Assembly (NCBI GenBank): GCA_963663945.1
Contig: OY760687.1
Location: 2,708,555 to 2,772,554 of the forward strand
DNA from: Dehalococcoidia bacterium
GTDB lineage: Bacteria > Chloroflexota > Dehalococcoidia > Lucifugimonadales > UBA3495
Reading direction: 5' to 3'
Length of the DNA: 64,000 nt
Shown here: positions 9,094-18,442 of the stretch, piece after piece
Layout of the letters: every line of letters starts with the position of its first letter
Position numbering within the stretch: position 1 is the first letter of the stretch
Translations under genes and position numbers: made by a program
The notes under the pieces: model-generated
Database searches by the model: none
The model's input: the letters and a program-made list of their open reading frames with translations, nothing else
Told to the model about the DNA's origin: nothing

Positions 9094-10217
9094 TAGTAGA
9101 AATCCGTGACACGGCAGCGTTGTCGTCATTGACCACGCTAAATTTGCGGGCGTATTTGCAGTCACGTGACTGGAACGATGTTGGCCGCTGGGGTAATCGT
9201 GCAACAGTCCACAGCAAAGCGAGTGGAGGCCGCACGTGGGAAATCTTGATACCTTTAAGTGATGCGATCAGTGATTACGCTGAGTTCATGGGAGAAGCGA
9301 TCGGCACTTTAGCTACCGCGGAAGAACGATCCGAACTGGACGTGTTCAATGACGTGACCGGCGCTGGTGCAGATGTCATTCGCATAACCTCTCTCAACGG
9401 CATGGGTAAGGAACCCCTGTCCTTGCGACAAAGTGCGGACATGCTGAGAGATGCGAATGACCTGTTGTCGGCAGCCGCAAGGGCCGTGACCAAACCACAG
9501 GCTGCTTATCGTGGTAGCCTGAGTTCCGAAATCGCTGAATATTTGAGCAGGATCAGGCCACTACCAGGCTATTACCAAGGCTACGGGTTGACCCTGCATT
9601 CCCCGGTTACGCCTGGGATCGGACCACAACCGGACTTAGGCGATGACGATTTGTACGCACCATTCCCAAGACGCGCCACCATTCGTCTTTCAGAAGCATT
9701 GCAGTCAGCGAATTTGGCGGTCAATGAAGCTTCCGCGACAAGTTCGTTGGACACCTTTGAGCAGGCAGTATCGGATGGAGTCAGTGCCAACCTATGCGAT
9801 GCAGTGGCCAAACTGGCCAAAAACGGCCATGGCGTAGAGATCGGCGTTGGTTGGGCGATGGTGCGATCGGCGAAAAGTTCTAGCTCAAATGTGCGTTTCA
9901 CCAACAATTCTGCCGGTATTTTGGAGGAGGCAGCGAGGCATTTCCGCCAGAGATTACCTTCATTCGACGAACGAGTTACAGCCATTGTGGTGAGATTGGA
10001 CAGAGAACCTGACGAATTTGACGGTCGAGCGACCATTAGGCCAATTGGAGATGATCTGCCGCCACGAATGCAGGTCGAATTTGAGCCGGTTTCTTACAAC
10101 GCGGTCATTAGTGCTTTCCAGAATCGCTCATTATTGACTCTGGACGGCGACATCTTTCCGGTCACCAACGGTCACCAACTGCGCAATCCAAGAAATATAG
10201 CAATAACGGCCGAATGA
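9090..10217 (+). CDS. hypothetical protein, 375 aa, partner of the DUF4365-like gene
   Basis: The ATGA overlap with the upstream gene implies translational coupling. The long ORF is in a low-GC region where spurious ORFs are less likely. I recognise no motif. Confidence 0.6.
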   Translation: MIVEIRDTAALSSLTTLNLRAYLQSRDWNDVGRWGNRATVHSKASGGRTWEILIPLSDAISDYAEFMGEAIGTLATAEERSELDVFNDVTGAGADVIRITSLNGMGKEPLSLRQSADMLRDANDLLSAAARAVTKPQAAYRGSLSSEIAEYLSRIRPLPGYYQGYGLTLHSPVTPGIGPQPDLGDDDLYAPFPRRATIRLSEALQSANLAVNEASATSSLDTFEQAVSDGVSANLCDAVAKLAKNGHGVEIGVGWAMVRSAKSSSSNVRFTNNSAGILEEAARHFRQRLPSFDERVTAIVVRLDREPDEFDGRATIRPIGDDLPPRMQVEFEPVSYNAVISAFQNRSLLTLDGDIFPVTNGHQLRNPRNIAITAE

Positions 10218-10246
10218 ATCAGCCAGTTCCGATGGGAGTTACCCGT

Positions 10247-11269
10247 ATGCGAGTTGTTTATTCACTGAGATCCCGTGACCTGAACGCCGTGGCTGCCGAA
10301 GCGGCCTGGGCGGAGTCCATGGGATACGACGGCGTTTCCACTAACGAGACGGCCCACGATCCCTTCCTGCCACTGGCCGTGGCCGCCACGTCGACCAGTC
10401 GCGTAACCCTGGAAACGCACGTCGCAATCGCCTTCCCCAGGTCTCCCATGGTCGTGGCCAACACGGCGCGCGACCTGCAGGACAACAGCGGCGGACGGTT
10501 CCGCCTTGGCCTGGGCACACAGGTGAAAGGCCACATCGAGCGCAGGTTCTCCACCAGGTGGACCGGGTCCGCCGGGCCCCGTCTGCGGGAATACGTCCAA
10601 TCGTTGCACGCCATCTGGAATTGCTGGGACACTGGCAGCAACCTGGAATACGCGGGGGATTTCTACCAGTTCTCCCTGATGACGCCATTTTTCAGTCCGG
10701 GACCCAGCGAGTATCCTCATCCGGAGGTCTACACCGCAGCGGTCAACGGATACAACTGCCTGGTGGCCGGAGAGTGCAGCGACGGACTGATGCTGCACAG
10801 CCTGGTGTCGCCAGAGTACGTGCGGCAGGTTGTACAGCCCAATGTCGCCGAAGGCGCCCGCCGCGCCGGTCGAAACGTCGAGGATGTGTCCGTGGTCGGC
10901 GGGGGATTCATCGTCACCGGGCCCAACCGGGCTGCCATCGCCGAGGCCGCAGAGGAGACCAAACGCCGCATCGCCTTCTACTCGTCTACCCGAACCTACT
11001 TCCCGGTTCTGGAATGTCACGGGTTCGAGGACATCGGCCGCCAGCTGCACGTCATGTCGCGCGAGGGCAGGTGGGACGAAATGGGCGGTCTGGTCCCCGA
11101 CGAGATGCTCAACGCCTTCGCCATCATCGGCGAGTACGATGAAATCCCCGGCATGTTCAAGGAGCGCTATGGCGGGCTGGTGGACGAAATGCACTTCTCC
11201 ATTCAGACCGCTTCCGACGCGGAGCAGGGGCAGCTGCGCCGCATAGTCCGTGACTTGCAGGACCAGTAG
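10247..11269 (+). CDS. LLM-class (luciferase-like) F420/flavin-dependent oxidoreductase
   Basis: MRVVYSL...AESMGYDGVSTNETAHDPFLPLA...GRFRLGLGTQVKGHIERRF matches the luciferase-like monooxygenase fold pattern. Confidence 0.8.
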   Translation: MRVVYSLRSRDLNAVAAEAAWAESMGYDGVSTNETAHDPFLPLAVAATSTSRVTLETHVAIAFPRSPMVVANTARDLQDNSGGRFRLGLGTQVKGHIERRFSTRWTGSAGPRLREYVQSLHAIWNCWDTGSNLEYAGDFYQFSLMTPFFSPGPSEYPHPEVYTAAVNGYNCLVAGECSDGLMLHSLVSPEYVRQVVQPNVAEGARRAGRNVEDVSVVGGGFIVTGPNRAAIAEAAEETKRRIAFYSSTRTYFPVLECHGFEDIGRQLHVMSREGRWDEMGGLVPDEMLNAFAIIGEYDEIPGMFKERYGGLVDEMHFSIQTASDAEQGQLRRIVRDLQDQ

Positions 11270-11278
11270 GGTGTTGCG

Positions 11279-11718
11279 ATGGAAGATGTGCCGCCGGTTT
11301 CTTCTCTGGATCCCGCGCGGTTCAAGCTGGCCAGCGAATCGCACCTGGCCTACAAGCTGAAATGGGAAGCCTGGGAATGGCTTTATTCCGTGGCCCGATG
11401 CCGGTGTATCGGACTCGAAGTGAGGCTGCAGGGCCCTTGGGGCTCGGTGGTCGACGTGGTGGGATTGGGACCATCCAATACGATCTACGTCGTCGAGGTC
11501 AAGGCATCACGGTCGGATTTCGCCCGAGATAACCACACTCAAGCGGACATCGATCGTCTCCAACGGCGCCAGGACGCCCTGAACCGGCGCATTGCATTGA
11601 CCCGCGCCCCCGGTTACCGCTCCTCGAACGGCGACGTCAGTCGGCTGGAACAGGAGGCCGAGCGTTTACGACAACGGCTGGTGATAGACGACAATAAGGA
11701 ATGCCTCTTGCGCCGACT
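11279..11718 (+). pseudogene. 5' part of a PD-(D/E)xK (MmcB/DUF1052-like) gene interrupted by IS21-family element
   Basis: E...VVDVVGLGPSNTIYVVEVKASRSDF is a nuclease core. The reading frame then runs into IS-end sequence and stops at 11743. Confidence 0.6.
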
Positions 11719-11767
11719 ATTCTTGCCGGTTGGGATGGTGTAAATCGTCCGGCACGGAGGTGCCGGA

Positions 11768-13270
11768 TTGATCAAGGACCGACAAGTCAGACTTTTGAGG
11801 CAAAAACGTATGGAAGGAAAAACACAGGAGACGGCGGCCGCCATGTCTGGGATGAGCGTGCGCTCGGCGCGCAAATGGCAGAGTGGCCCGTTGCCGTCGG
11901 AGACCAAACCGGAGCGCTGGTGGCGCACTCGGTCCGATCCCTTCGACGGGGTGTGGGAAGAGGAGATTGAGCCACTGCTGCGGGACGACCCCAAGGGCAA
12001 GCTGAAGGCAACGACGATTATCGAATGGCTGGAGGAGCAGCATCCCGGCCAGTTCAGCACCTCCCAGCTGCGCACGCTGCAACGACGATTACAGGACTGG
12101 CGGGCGCTGAATGGTCCGGACCAGGAGGTGTACTTCCCCCAGGAGCATCCGCCGGGACGGGAGGCCCAGTTTGATTTCACCCACTGCAGCGCCCTGGGGG
12201 TGACCGTCGCCGGTGAGCCCTACCCCCACCTGCTGTTTCAGCTGATCCTCAGCCACTCGGGCTGGCGCTACGCGGAGGTCGCCGCCGGCGAGACCTTCCT
12301 GGCCCTCAAGCAGGGATTACAGAATGCGCTCTGGGCCCTGGGCGGCGTACCGGAGGTGGTGCGTTCCGACAATACCTCTGCTGCCACCCACGAGATGAAA
12401 CGCAGCCGAGGCCGGGCGCTAAACGACAATTACGCCGCCCTGCTGGACCACTACGGTGTCCGATCCACCCGCATCAATCCTGGCAAGAGCCATGAAAACG
12501 GCGTCGCCGAGCACGCCCACTACCGTTTGAAAGACGCCGTGGACCAGGCCCTCATCCTGCGCGGCAGCCGCGATTTCCACACCGCCGACGACTACGCCGG
12601 TTTCGTCCGGAAGATGGTGGAGAAGCGCAATCGCCTGGTGCGGGGGAAGCTGGAGCAGGAAATGGCTTGCCTAAGACCCCTGCCGCCAGCCCCCATGCCG
12701 GAATACGCCAACTACCAGTCCAAGGTGCGCCGGTGGAGTACCATCCAGGTGGCGGGACGCAGCTACAGCGTCCCGTCCCGGCTCATTGGCAAGGTGGTAC
12801 AGATCCGCCTCTATTCCGACCACGTGGAAGTGTACTACAAGGGCCACTTTGTGGAACGAATGGCGCGCGTGCACGGTGATGGGGAAGTAAACGTCAATTA
12901 CCGCCACGTCATCAATTCCCTGGTGCGCAAGCCCGGAGCATTCGCCCGGTACCGGTTCAGGGAGCAGCTGTTTCCCACCTTGCGCTTCCGGCTCACCTAC
13001 GACGCGCTCAGGCAGTGGCGTGGGGAGCGCGCCGACGTGGAGTACGTGCGCATCCTGCACCTGGCGGCCACCACCATGGAGGTCATGGTGGACAGCGCCC
13101 TGTCGCTGCTGCTGGAGACCGGTCAGCCCTTCGACTACGCCGAGGTGCGGGAACTGGCCGAGCCCAGGGTGCCCCAGGCTCCGGTGCTGGTCCTCTCTGG
13201 GAAGCCGGACCTGAAGATCTACGACGGTCTGCTCACGAGCAGTACGGCCATGGTGGGGGTGTGCGCATGA
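11768..13270 (+). CDS. istA: IS21-family transposase IstA
   Basis: N-terminal HTH, then a DDE region (...SDNTSAATHE...), then the long C-terminal part typical of IstA. TTG start is preceded by GGAGG. The stop overlaps the istB start. Confidence 0.9.
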   Translation: MIKDRQVRLLRQKRMEGKTQETAAAMSGMSVRSARKWQSGPLPSETKPERWWRTRSDPFDGVWEEEIEPLLRDDPKGKLKATTIIEWLEEQHPGQFSTSQLRTLQRRLQDWRALNGPDQEVYFPQEHPPGREAQFDFTHCSALGVTVAGEPYPHLLFQLILSHSGWRYAEVAAGETFLALKQGLQNALWALGGVPEVVRSDNTSAATHEMKRSRGRALNDNYAALLDHYGVRSTRINPGKSHENGVAEHAHYRLKDAVDQALILRGSRDFHTADDYAGFVRKMVEKRNRLVRGKLEQEMACLRPLPPAPMPEYANYQSKVRRWSTIQVAGRSYSVPSRLIGKVVQIRLYSDHVEVYYKGHFVERMARVHGDGEVNVNYRHVINSLVRKPGAFARYRFREQLFPTLRFRLTYDALRQWRGERADVEYVRILHLAATTMEVMVDSALSLLLETGQPFDYAEVRELAEPRVPQAPVLVLSGKPDLKIYDGLLTSSTAMVGVCA

Positions 13271-14058
13271 TGGACACCCCCACCAGCGTGATCCAGGAGC
13301 GCATCGGCGAGCTATGCCGCGAATTCAAGCTGCCCACCATGGGCGCTCAGTCGGTGGCCCGTTTCACTGAGGCTGGCCACGGCGAGGCCCTGTCCACCTT
13401 CCTGGAGGTGCTGGAGCAGGAGGCCGAGGATCGCCGCCACCGGCGCATCAACCGGCTGCGTCAGGCGTCCCGGCTGCCCTCGGGCAAGACCTGGGAGACC
13501 TTCGAGCATCACCGGATGCCCCTGACTCTTCGTCAACAGATGGACCATCTGGCCCAGGGCAGTTTCGTGGAACACGGCGTCAACGTGCTGGCCTTCGGGC
13601 TCCCCGGCACCGGCAAGACCCACGCCCTATGCGCTCTGGGCCACCGCCTGGTGGAAGCCGGACACTCCGTCCTCTTCGCTCCAGCCTACCGCCTGGTGCA
13701 GGACCTCCTCGCCGCCAAGCGCGACTTCGACCTGCCCCGACAACTGCGCAAGCTGGACAACTTCGACTTCCTCCTCCTGGACGATCTCGGCTACCTGCCC
13801 CAGGGGGCCGAGGAGTCCGAGGTCCTCTTCACCCTCATCGCCGAACGCTACGAACGCCGGTCCCTGGGCATCACGTCCAACCTGGTCTTCTCCGAGTGGG
13901 AGCGCATCTTCGCCAACCCCATGGCTACCGCCGCAGCGATTGACCGGGTGGTCCACCACTCCGTCATCCTGGAATTCGACGTCCCCAGCTACCGGACTGA
14001 CGCAGCACAGCAACGCGGCGAGACTGCTGCGGCCGAGGAGGTGAACCGGCAAAACTAA
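13267..14058 (+). CDS. istB: IS21-family helper ATPase IstB
   Basis: Walker A GLPGTGKTH, Walker B FLLLDDLGY and ITSN are IstB/DnaC-like AAA+ motifs. Confidence 0.92.
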   Translation: MMDTPTSVIQERIGELCREFKLPTMGAQSVARFTEAGHGEALSTFLEVLEQEAEDRRHRRINRLRQASRLPSGKTWETFEHHRMPLTLRQQMDHLAQGSFVEHGVNVLAFGLPGTGKTHALCALGHRLVEAGHSVLFAPAYRLVQDLLAAKRDFDLPRQLRKLDNFDFLLLDDLGYLPQGAEESEVLFTLIAERYERRSLGITSNLVFSEWERIFANPMATAAAIDRVVHHSVILEFDVPSYRTDAAQQRGETAAAEEVNRQN

Positions 14059-14080
14059 TCGACGATAAATCGGCAAGAAT

Positions 14081-14483
14081 GGTTGACGCGGGACAGCTGG
14101 CCACGGTCTCGACCAAATTCCACGATGCGCGTTTCCTGAGTATCGCCGACTACCACTACATCATGGCGCCTCGAGGCTTGGTGCTGGCGGAGATGGTCCC
14201 ACCCGGCTGGGGTCTCCTGGAGCCGGGTCCCGGCGAAATCGTCGAAGCGCCGGTCAAAGCGATCCGCAAGAACACAGGCATCGTTTCCAACGTGCTGCGC
14301 GCTATCGCGCGCGCGAATACCACCGCCATGATGCGAGCTTACGGCGTCAAATTCGGTTCAGCCGGACCCGTGTTTTCGCATTCCATCGACGGAGCGATGA
14401 GTCCCGACGCAACCCCGGACACAATTGAAAGCACACCTGTTGATTTTGCGACGGAGGAAGAACATGCCAGAAATCACCATTGA
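14081..14483 (+). pseudogene. 3' part of the IS-interrupted MmcB-like PD-(D/E)xK gene
   Basis: VDAGQLATVSTKFHDARFLSIADYHYIMAPRGLVLAEMVPPGWGLLE continues the family C-terminal half. It is in frame with the 5' part when the IS is removed. Confidence 0.55.
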
Positions 14484-15066
14484 TCCAACGAACACAGCGC
14501 TGCTGATTCAAGACATGCAGAACGAGTTGATCAAGGGCGGCGGCATGCTGGTCCAACCTCTGCCGGGATCAGTAATCATTGCCAACAGCGCCCGCCTGCT
14601 GGAGAAAGCCAGGGCGTCAGGCATGGCGGTGATCTACGTGGTGGTGAACCGCAGGCTGGACCGTCGGGACGCTCCGCGGCCGCCTTTCGGAGCGCCGGCC
14701 AGCGCCGCCGATGCGGGTCCCCGGCTCACTGCAGGAACTCACGACGCCGAGGTGGTAGAAGAACTCGCGCCGCGGCCGGAGGATCCGGTCGTAATCAAGC
14801 ACACGACCAGCCCTTTCAACACCACCGACATCGAGGTCTATCTCCGCCGGTTCGGGATAACCACGCTGATCCTCACGGGATATTCGACCACAGGGGTGGT
14901 GGAAGGATCGCTTCGGGACGCCCGAGACAAAGATTATGACTGCATCGTGGTTCGGGATTGCTGCGCGGCCGGCACGGCTACCGAGCATGACGTGTGCATG
15001 GACATCATCTTCCCGCGCATGGCCTGGGTGGCGACGGCGGACGAGGTGATCGCCGCTATCGTTTAG
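14464..15066 (+). CDS. isochorismatase-family cysteine hydrolase
   Basis: TALLIQDMQNE..., ...KHTTSPF... and LILTGYSTTGVVEGSLRDA match the D-K-C catalytic-triad family pattern. Confidence 0.8.
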   Translation: MPEITIDPTNTALLIQDMQNELIKGGGMLVQPLPGSVIIANSARLLEKARASGMAVIYVVVNRRLDRRDAPRPPFGAPASAADAGPRLTAGTHDAEVVEELAPRPEDPVVIKHTTSPFNTTDIEVYLRRFGITTLILTGYSTTGVVEGSLRDARDKDYDCIVVRDCCAAGTATEHDVCMDIIFPRMAWVATADEVIAAIV

Positions 15067-15069
15067 CCA

Positions 15070-15315
15070 CTATGCTCCCGGCCTCGGTGTCCGGTCTTCG
15101 AGCTCGTACCAGTACACTTGGCCGTTATCGATAAGGTTCTGGATCTCCCGGTCGTTACGGATGCTGGCGACGGCCGGGTGGGCAGGATCCCCGGTGAACC
15201 GGGTCAGGTAGGCGGCGTTGCGGATGGCGCAGCCTGTGTCACGCCCGTCCGCGGTGTAAGAGACTTCCATCGCGATGTAATGGGTGGCCCCGTGCCAGTT
15301 GCTCTGCGAGTCCAT
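15070..15315 (-). CDS. hypothetical small protein (possibly truncated)
   Basis: 81-aa ORF squeezed between two genes. No motif recognised. Confidence 0.3.
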   Translation of the reverse strand: MDSQSNWHGATHYIAMEVSYTADGRDTGCAIRNAAYLTRFTGDPAHPAVASIRNDREIQNLIDNGQVYWYELEDRTPRPGA

Positions 15316-15336
15316 TATACGGCGCAGCGCCGCTGG

Positions 15337-16149
15337 CTAGCGGTTCAGCAGCCACCATTCGTCCGTGCCGAGGTTGAAGTCGATGCGTCGGAACCCCTCG
15401 GCGAACGGCACGCCGCAGCGTTCTCCCTGCAGGCGGCAGCCCTCGGTCATGCGGTCCAGCCGTTGTGACCGGGTACGGGCGCTGATCTGGGACGCGTGTT
15501 GGCTCAGGGCTTCGGCCTTGCGGTGGATGTGCTCCTCGGTAATGGAGATGAATGTATCCGGCCGTTCGGAGCCCCAGAGCAGAGCCTCACGAACCTGGTA
15601 CGGCTCCAGTCCTTCTTCTTCGATCTGCTCCGGAAAATCCTGCCAGCTCCAGGCATACGAGAACGCGGCGTCCAACGCCGCCTGACCACTGTGGCGATGG
15701 TCTCGATGGGTGTGCGAGGTGACCCGGTAGGGGTCGATTCCGAAAACAACCTCAGGCTTGTGGCGTCGTATTTCGCGAACCACCTGGCCGCGATAGGTGT
15801 GCGTGTCTTCCAGCTCGCCGTCGCCGTAGCGGAGGAACACCACCTCCGAGACCCCTAGCACATTGGCGGCATTTTGCTGCTCGATCTCACGAGTTGCGGC
15901 CAGGGACTCGGGGGTGAACGAACGGTCGCCGGTGCCCTTGTTGCCGTTCGTGCACATCAGGATGACCACCTTGGTACCGGACTCCGCGATCCACTTGGCC
16001 ATGGTCGCGCCGCAGCCGCCCTCGGCGTCGTCAGGATGGGGCGTGACCACCAGGGCGCTGCGCGGCGCTTCTGTCATCACCCGTGGTTCGGGGGCGTATT
16101 CCTGATTGGGGTATCCCCAGCCGTCAATCCCGTGCGGTCTGCTGGTCAT
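15337..16149 (-). CDS. PIG-L/LmbE-family deacetylase
   Basis: LVVTPHPDDAEGGCG and ...HRDH... metal-binding motifs. Confidence 0.8.
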   Translation of the reverse strand: MTSRPHGIDGWGYPNQEYAPEPRVMTEAPRSALVVTPHPDDAEGGCGATMAKWIAESGTKVVILMCTNGNKGTGDRSFTPESLAATREIEQQNAANVLGVSEVVFLRYGDGELEDTHTYRGQVVREIRRHKPEVVFGIDPYRVTSHTHRDHRHSGQAALDAAFSYAWSWQDFPEQIEEEGLEPYQVREALLWGSERPDTFISITEEHIHRKAEALSQHASQISARTRSQRLDRMTEGCRLQGERCGVPFAEGFRRIDFNLGTDEWWLLNR

Positions 16150-16175
16150 ACTAGCGCTCCGTCGTGCTGGAATGG

Positions 16176-16201
16176 GTAGGGGCGAATGATTATTCGCCCC
16201 T
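16176..16201. repeat. palindromic intergenic repeat, copy 1
   Basis: GTAGGGGCGAATGATTATTCGCCCCT. Confidence 0.85.
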
Positions 16202-16243
16202 GAGTGGTCCGGGTCCGGCTATTGCGGCGCGAACGCGCCAGCG

Positions 16244-17662
16244 CTAGCCGCCGAGGTGGAACACCACCATCTTGAGTTCGGTCATCTCCTCGATGGCGTA
16301 GGCCGGCCCTTCCTTCCCCATCCCGCTGTCCTTGAGACCACCGTAGGGCATCACGTCGGCGCGCCACCCTGGGGAGGAATTGATATGCAGGTTGCCCGAA
16401 TGGACTTCCTGGGCAAATTTCATTGCCCAGTCCACGTTCTGGGTGAAAATACCTGCCGACAGCCCAAAGCGCGTATCGTTGGCCTTGGCGATGGCGTCGT
16501 CGATGTCGTCGAACGCGCTGACAGCGACGGCCGGACCAAACAATTCCTCGCGGGAAATCAGCATTTCCGGACGCGCATCCGCCACCACGGTGGCCGTGTG
16601 CATTGTCCCTTCGCGCCCACCGCCGGCGATGACCCGGGCGCCCTGACTCACGGCCTCGGCAATCCAGCCCTCGACACGCTCAGCGTCGGTTTGGCGGATC
16701 ATCGGGCCCATCTTGACGTCTTCGTCAAAGGGATTGCCGACGCTGAATTCCTGGGTGGGTTTCACCAACGCGTCCAGCAGATCGGCGTATATGGTGCGGG
16801 CGGCGAAGACGCGCTGCGTGGAGATGCAGACCTGGCCGGCGTTGGCAAATCCGCTCGACACAGTGGCGGCCGCCACTTTCTCAATGTCGGCGTCGGACAT
16901 GATGATCAGGGGGCTGTTGGACCCCAGTTCCATCGTCACCTTCTTGATGCCAGCATTGCGGCAAATCTGGTCGCCGACCTCCATGCTGCCGGTGAAAGTG
17001 ATCTTGCGCACATCGGACGACCCGGTGATGGCGTCCCCGATCTCCGCGCCGGAACCGGTGATGGTCTGGATGGCTTCTCCGGGCAGGCCGGCTTCCAGGA
17101 GGATCTCGGTCAGCTTCAAAGCGGACAGCGGAGTGTCGCCGGCGGGCTTGAGGATGACGGCGTTGCCGCCAGCCAGGGCGGGCCCCACCTTGTGACAAAC
17201 CAGGTTGAGCGGGAAATTGAACGGAGCGATCGCAGCCACAACGCCCACTGGTACCCGAATGGTGAACCCGAACTGATTGACGACCCCGGGAGCCGAGTCC
17301 AACGGGACCGTTTCGCCGTGCAGGCGCTTGGCTTCTTCAGCCGACAGCGTGATGGTCTGGATGGCGCGCTGGACCTCAACGCGACCCTCGGCAATGACCT
17401 TGCCCTCTTCCCGAGTTATGGTCTCCGCCAGGTCGTCAGCGCGTTCTTCCATGAGGTCGGCGGCGCGCTTGAGGATCGTATAGCGACGGTGAGAAGGCAG
17501 CTTGGCCATCACCGCGGCGCCGCGCACGGCACTGGCGATAGCGGCCTGAACATCGGCGGCGGAACCGCGCGGGACGGTGTCGAACGCGGACTGATCAAAG
17601 GGATTGATGACTGGCATCTTGTCATCGCGGTCGACCCACTCGCCGCAGATGTACATACGCAT
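16244..17662 (-). CDS. NAD(P)-dependent aldehyde dehydrogenase family protein
   Basis: FTGS, MELGSNSP, GQVCIS and EELFGP are ALDH signatures. Start moved to ATG 17662 (MRMYICGEWVD). Confidence 0.9.
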   Translation of the reverse strand: MRMYICGEWVDRDDKMPVINPFDQSAFDTVPRGSAADVQAAIASAVRGAAVMAKLPSHRRYTILKRAADLMEERADDLAETITREEGKVIAEGRVEVQRAIQTITLSAEEAKRLHGETVPLDSAPGVVNQFGFTIRVPVGVVAAIAPFNFPLNLVCHKVGPALAGGNAVILKPAGDTPLSALKLTEILLEAGLPGEAIQTITGSGAEIGDAITGSSDVRKITFTGSMEVGDQICRNAGIKKVTMELGSNSPLIIMSDADIEKVAAATVSSGFANAGQVCISTQRVFAARTIYADLLDALVKPTQEFSVGNPFDEDVKMGPMIRQTDAERVEGWIAEAVSQGARVIAGGGREGTMHTATVVADARPEMLISREELFGPAVAVSAFDDIDDAIAKANDTRFGLSAGIFTQNVDWAMKFAQEVHSGNLHINSSPGWRADVMPYGGLKDSGMGKEGPAYAIEEMTELKMVVFHLGG

Positions 17663-17752
17663 GGCGAAACTCCTAGTAAGCGGAACAGAATCCACACGCC
17701 AACTCACGGCGCGCGGCAACGGCCACCATTGTACTACACGAGCCCGGCCCGA

Positions 17753-18442
17753 TTATTCGGCTTCGGTCTTGGCCTCGCCTTCGCCAAGGACAATGCTACG
17801 GCCGGTATTGGTCACTTTGTAGTGGCCGGACAGGCCCGGTATCCGCTCCAACCACCGGAACTTCGTGCGGGCGGCGTTGCGCAAAGTCTGCACAAAACTG
17901 TGCGGGATGGGCCAACCGGCCAAGGTGAACAGATGGGCCAGACTATCTGGATCAACGCTGCCAATGTTCAGGTATCGGTGCCCCGCTTCGGCGGCAACCA
18001 CCACCCGGCGCATGTCGCCCAATGGGTTGACCCGCTGACAGAATGCGATGTACTCGTGCTCGGAAGGGGTCATCGTCTCCGGCATGGCTACGGATGCCGG
18101 AGGCGGGGCGGGTCCACCATTCATGGCCACGGTGGGCGGAGGCGGCGCGACGTGGACCACGGAGACGGCCGGCGCCGCAGGAGGAGGGGCATGATTTTCG
18201 GCGATTGCCACCGCGACCGGCGGCGTCTCGGCAACGTGCTGGGCTGCGCCATTGCTCGTGGAGTGACCGTTGGAATGGGCCGGAGGATCGACCGTTTTGA
18301 CAACAGCCGCCTCCGCCACGGAACCGTTGGATCCAATGAGTTGCGGCATGAACGAATACAGGACTTCGCGAACGAGTCCAGCATCGTCAGACTCAATGCA
18401 AACCTGACTCCCTGCTGGCAACGTGATGCTGAGCTTGTTCAT
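17753..18442 (-). CDS. hypothetical protein with Pro/Ala-rich linker
   Basis: MNKLSITLPAGSQVCIESDD N-domain, a PPPAAPA linker and a C-terminal globular part. No motif recognised. Confidence 0.5.
   Translation of the reverse strand: MNKLSITLPAGSQVCIESDDAGLVREVLYSFMPQLIGSNGSVAEAAVVKTVDPPAHSNGHSTSNGAAQHVAETPPVAVAIAENHAPPPAAPAVSVVHVAPPPPTVAMNGGPAPPPASVAMPETMTPSEHEYIAFCQRVNPLGDMRRVVVAAEAGHRYLNIGSVDPDSLAHLFTLAGWPIPHSFVQTLRNAARTKFRWLERIPGLSGHYKVTNTGRSIVLGEGEAKTEAE

Larger units (their letters stand above)
11719..14080 (+). mobile_element. IS21-family insertion sequence (istA + istB), boundaries +/- about 10 bp
   Basis: Inverted termini ATTCTTGCCG at 11719-11728 and 14071-14080 (reverse complement). 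Sub-terminal TGCCGG(A/T)TT repeats occur on both ends. The length of about 2.36 kb and the overlapping two-gene layout are typical of IS21. Confidence 0.8.

Noticed and set aside
11679-11703. A 4-bp TGGT direct repeat (11679-11682 / 14080-14083) as an alternative target-site duplication. Also, a third, degenerate copy of the IS right-end sequence at 11684-11703 (ATAGACGACAATAAGGAATG versus AATCGACGATAAATCGGCAAGAATG at 14057-14081), which might suggest a tandem or remnant IS end.
   Set aside because: With TGGT as the duplication, the resulting termini would not be inverted repeats. A 4-bp match is expected by chance, and the 20-nt similarity is gapped and weak. I cannot distinguish it from chance by eye, so I left it as a note for an ISfinder comparison.
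15070-15315. Possible truncated PD-(D/E)xK-type protein (IAMEVSYTADGRD...AIRNAAYL).
   Set aside because: The resemblance is from memory of a motif only. The N-terminal half that would carry the catalytic Asp is absent, and there is no room for it upstream. It is kept only as a low-confidence hypothetical ORF.
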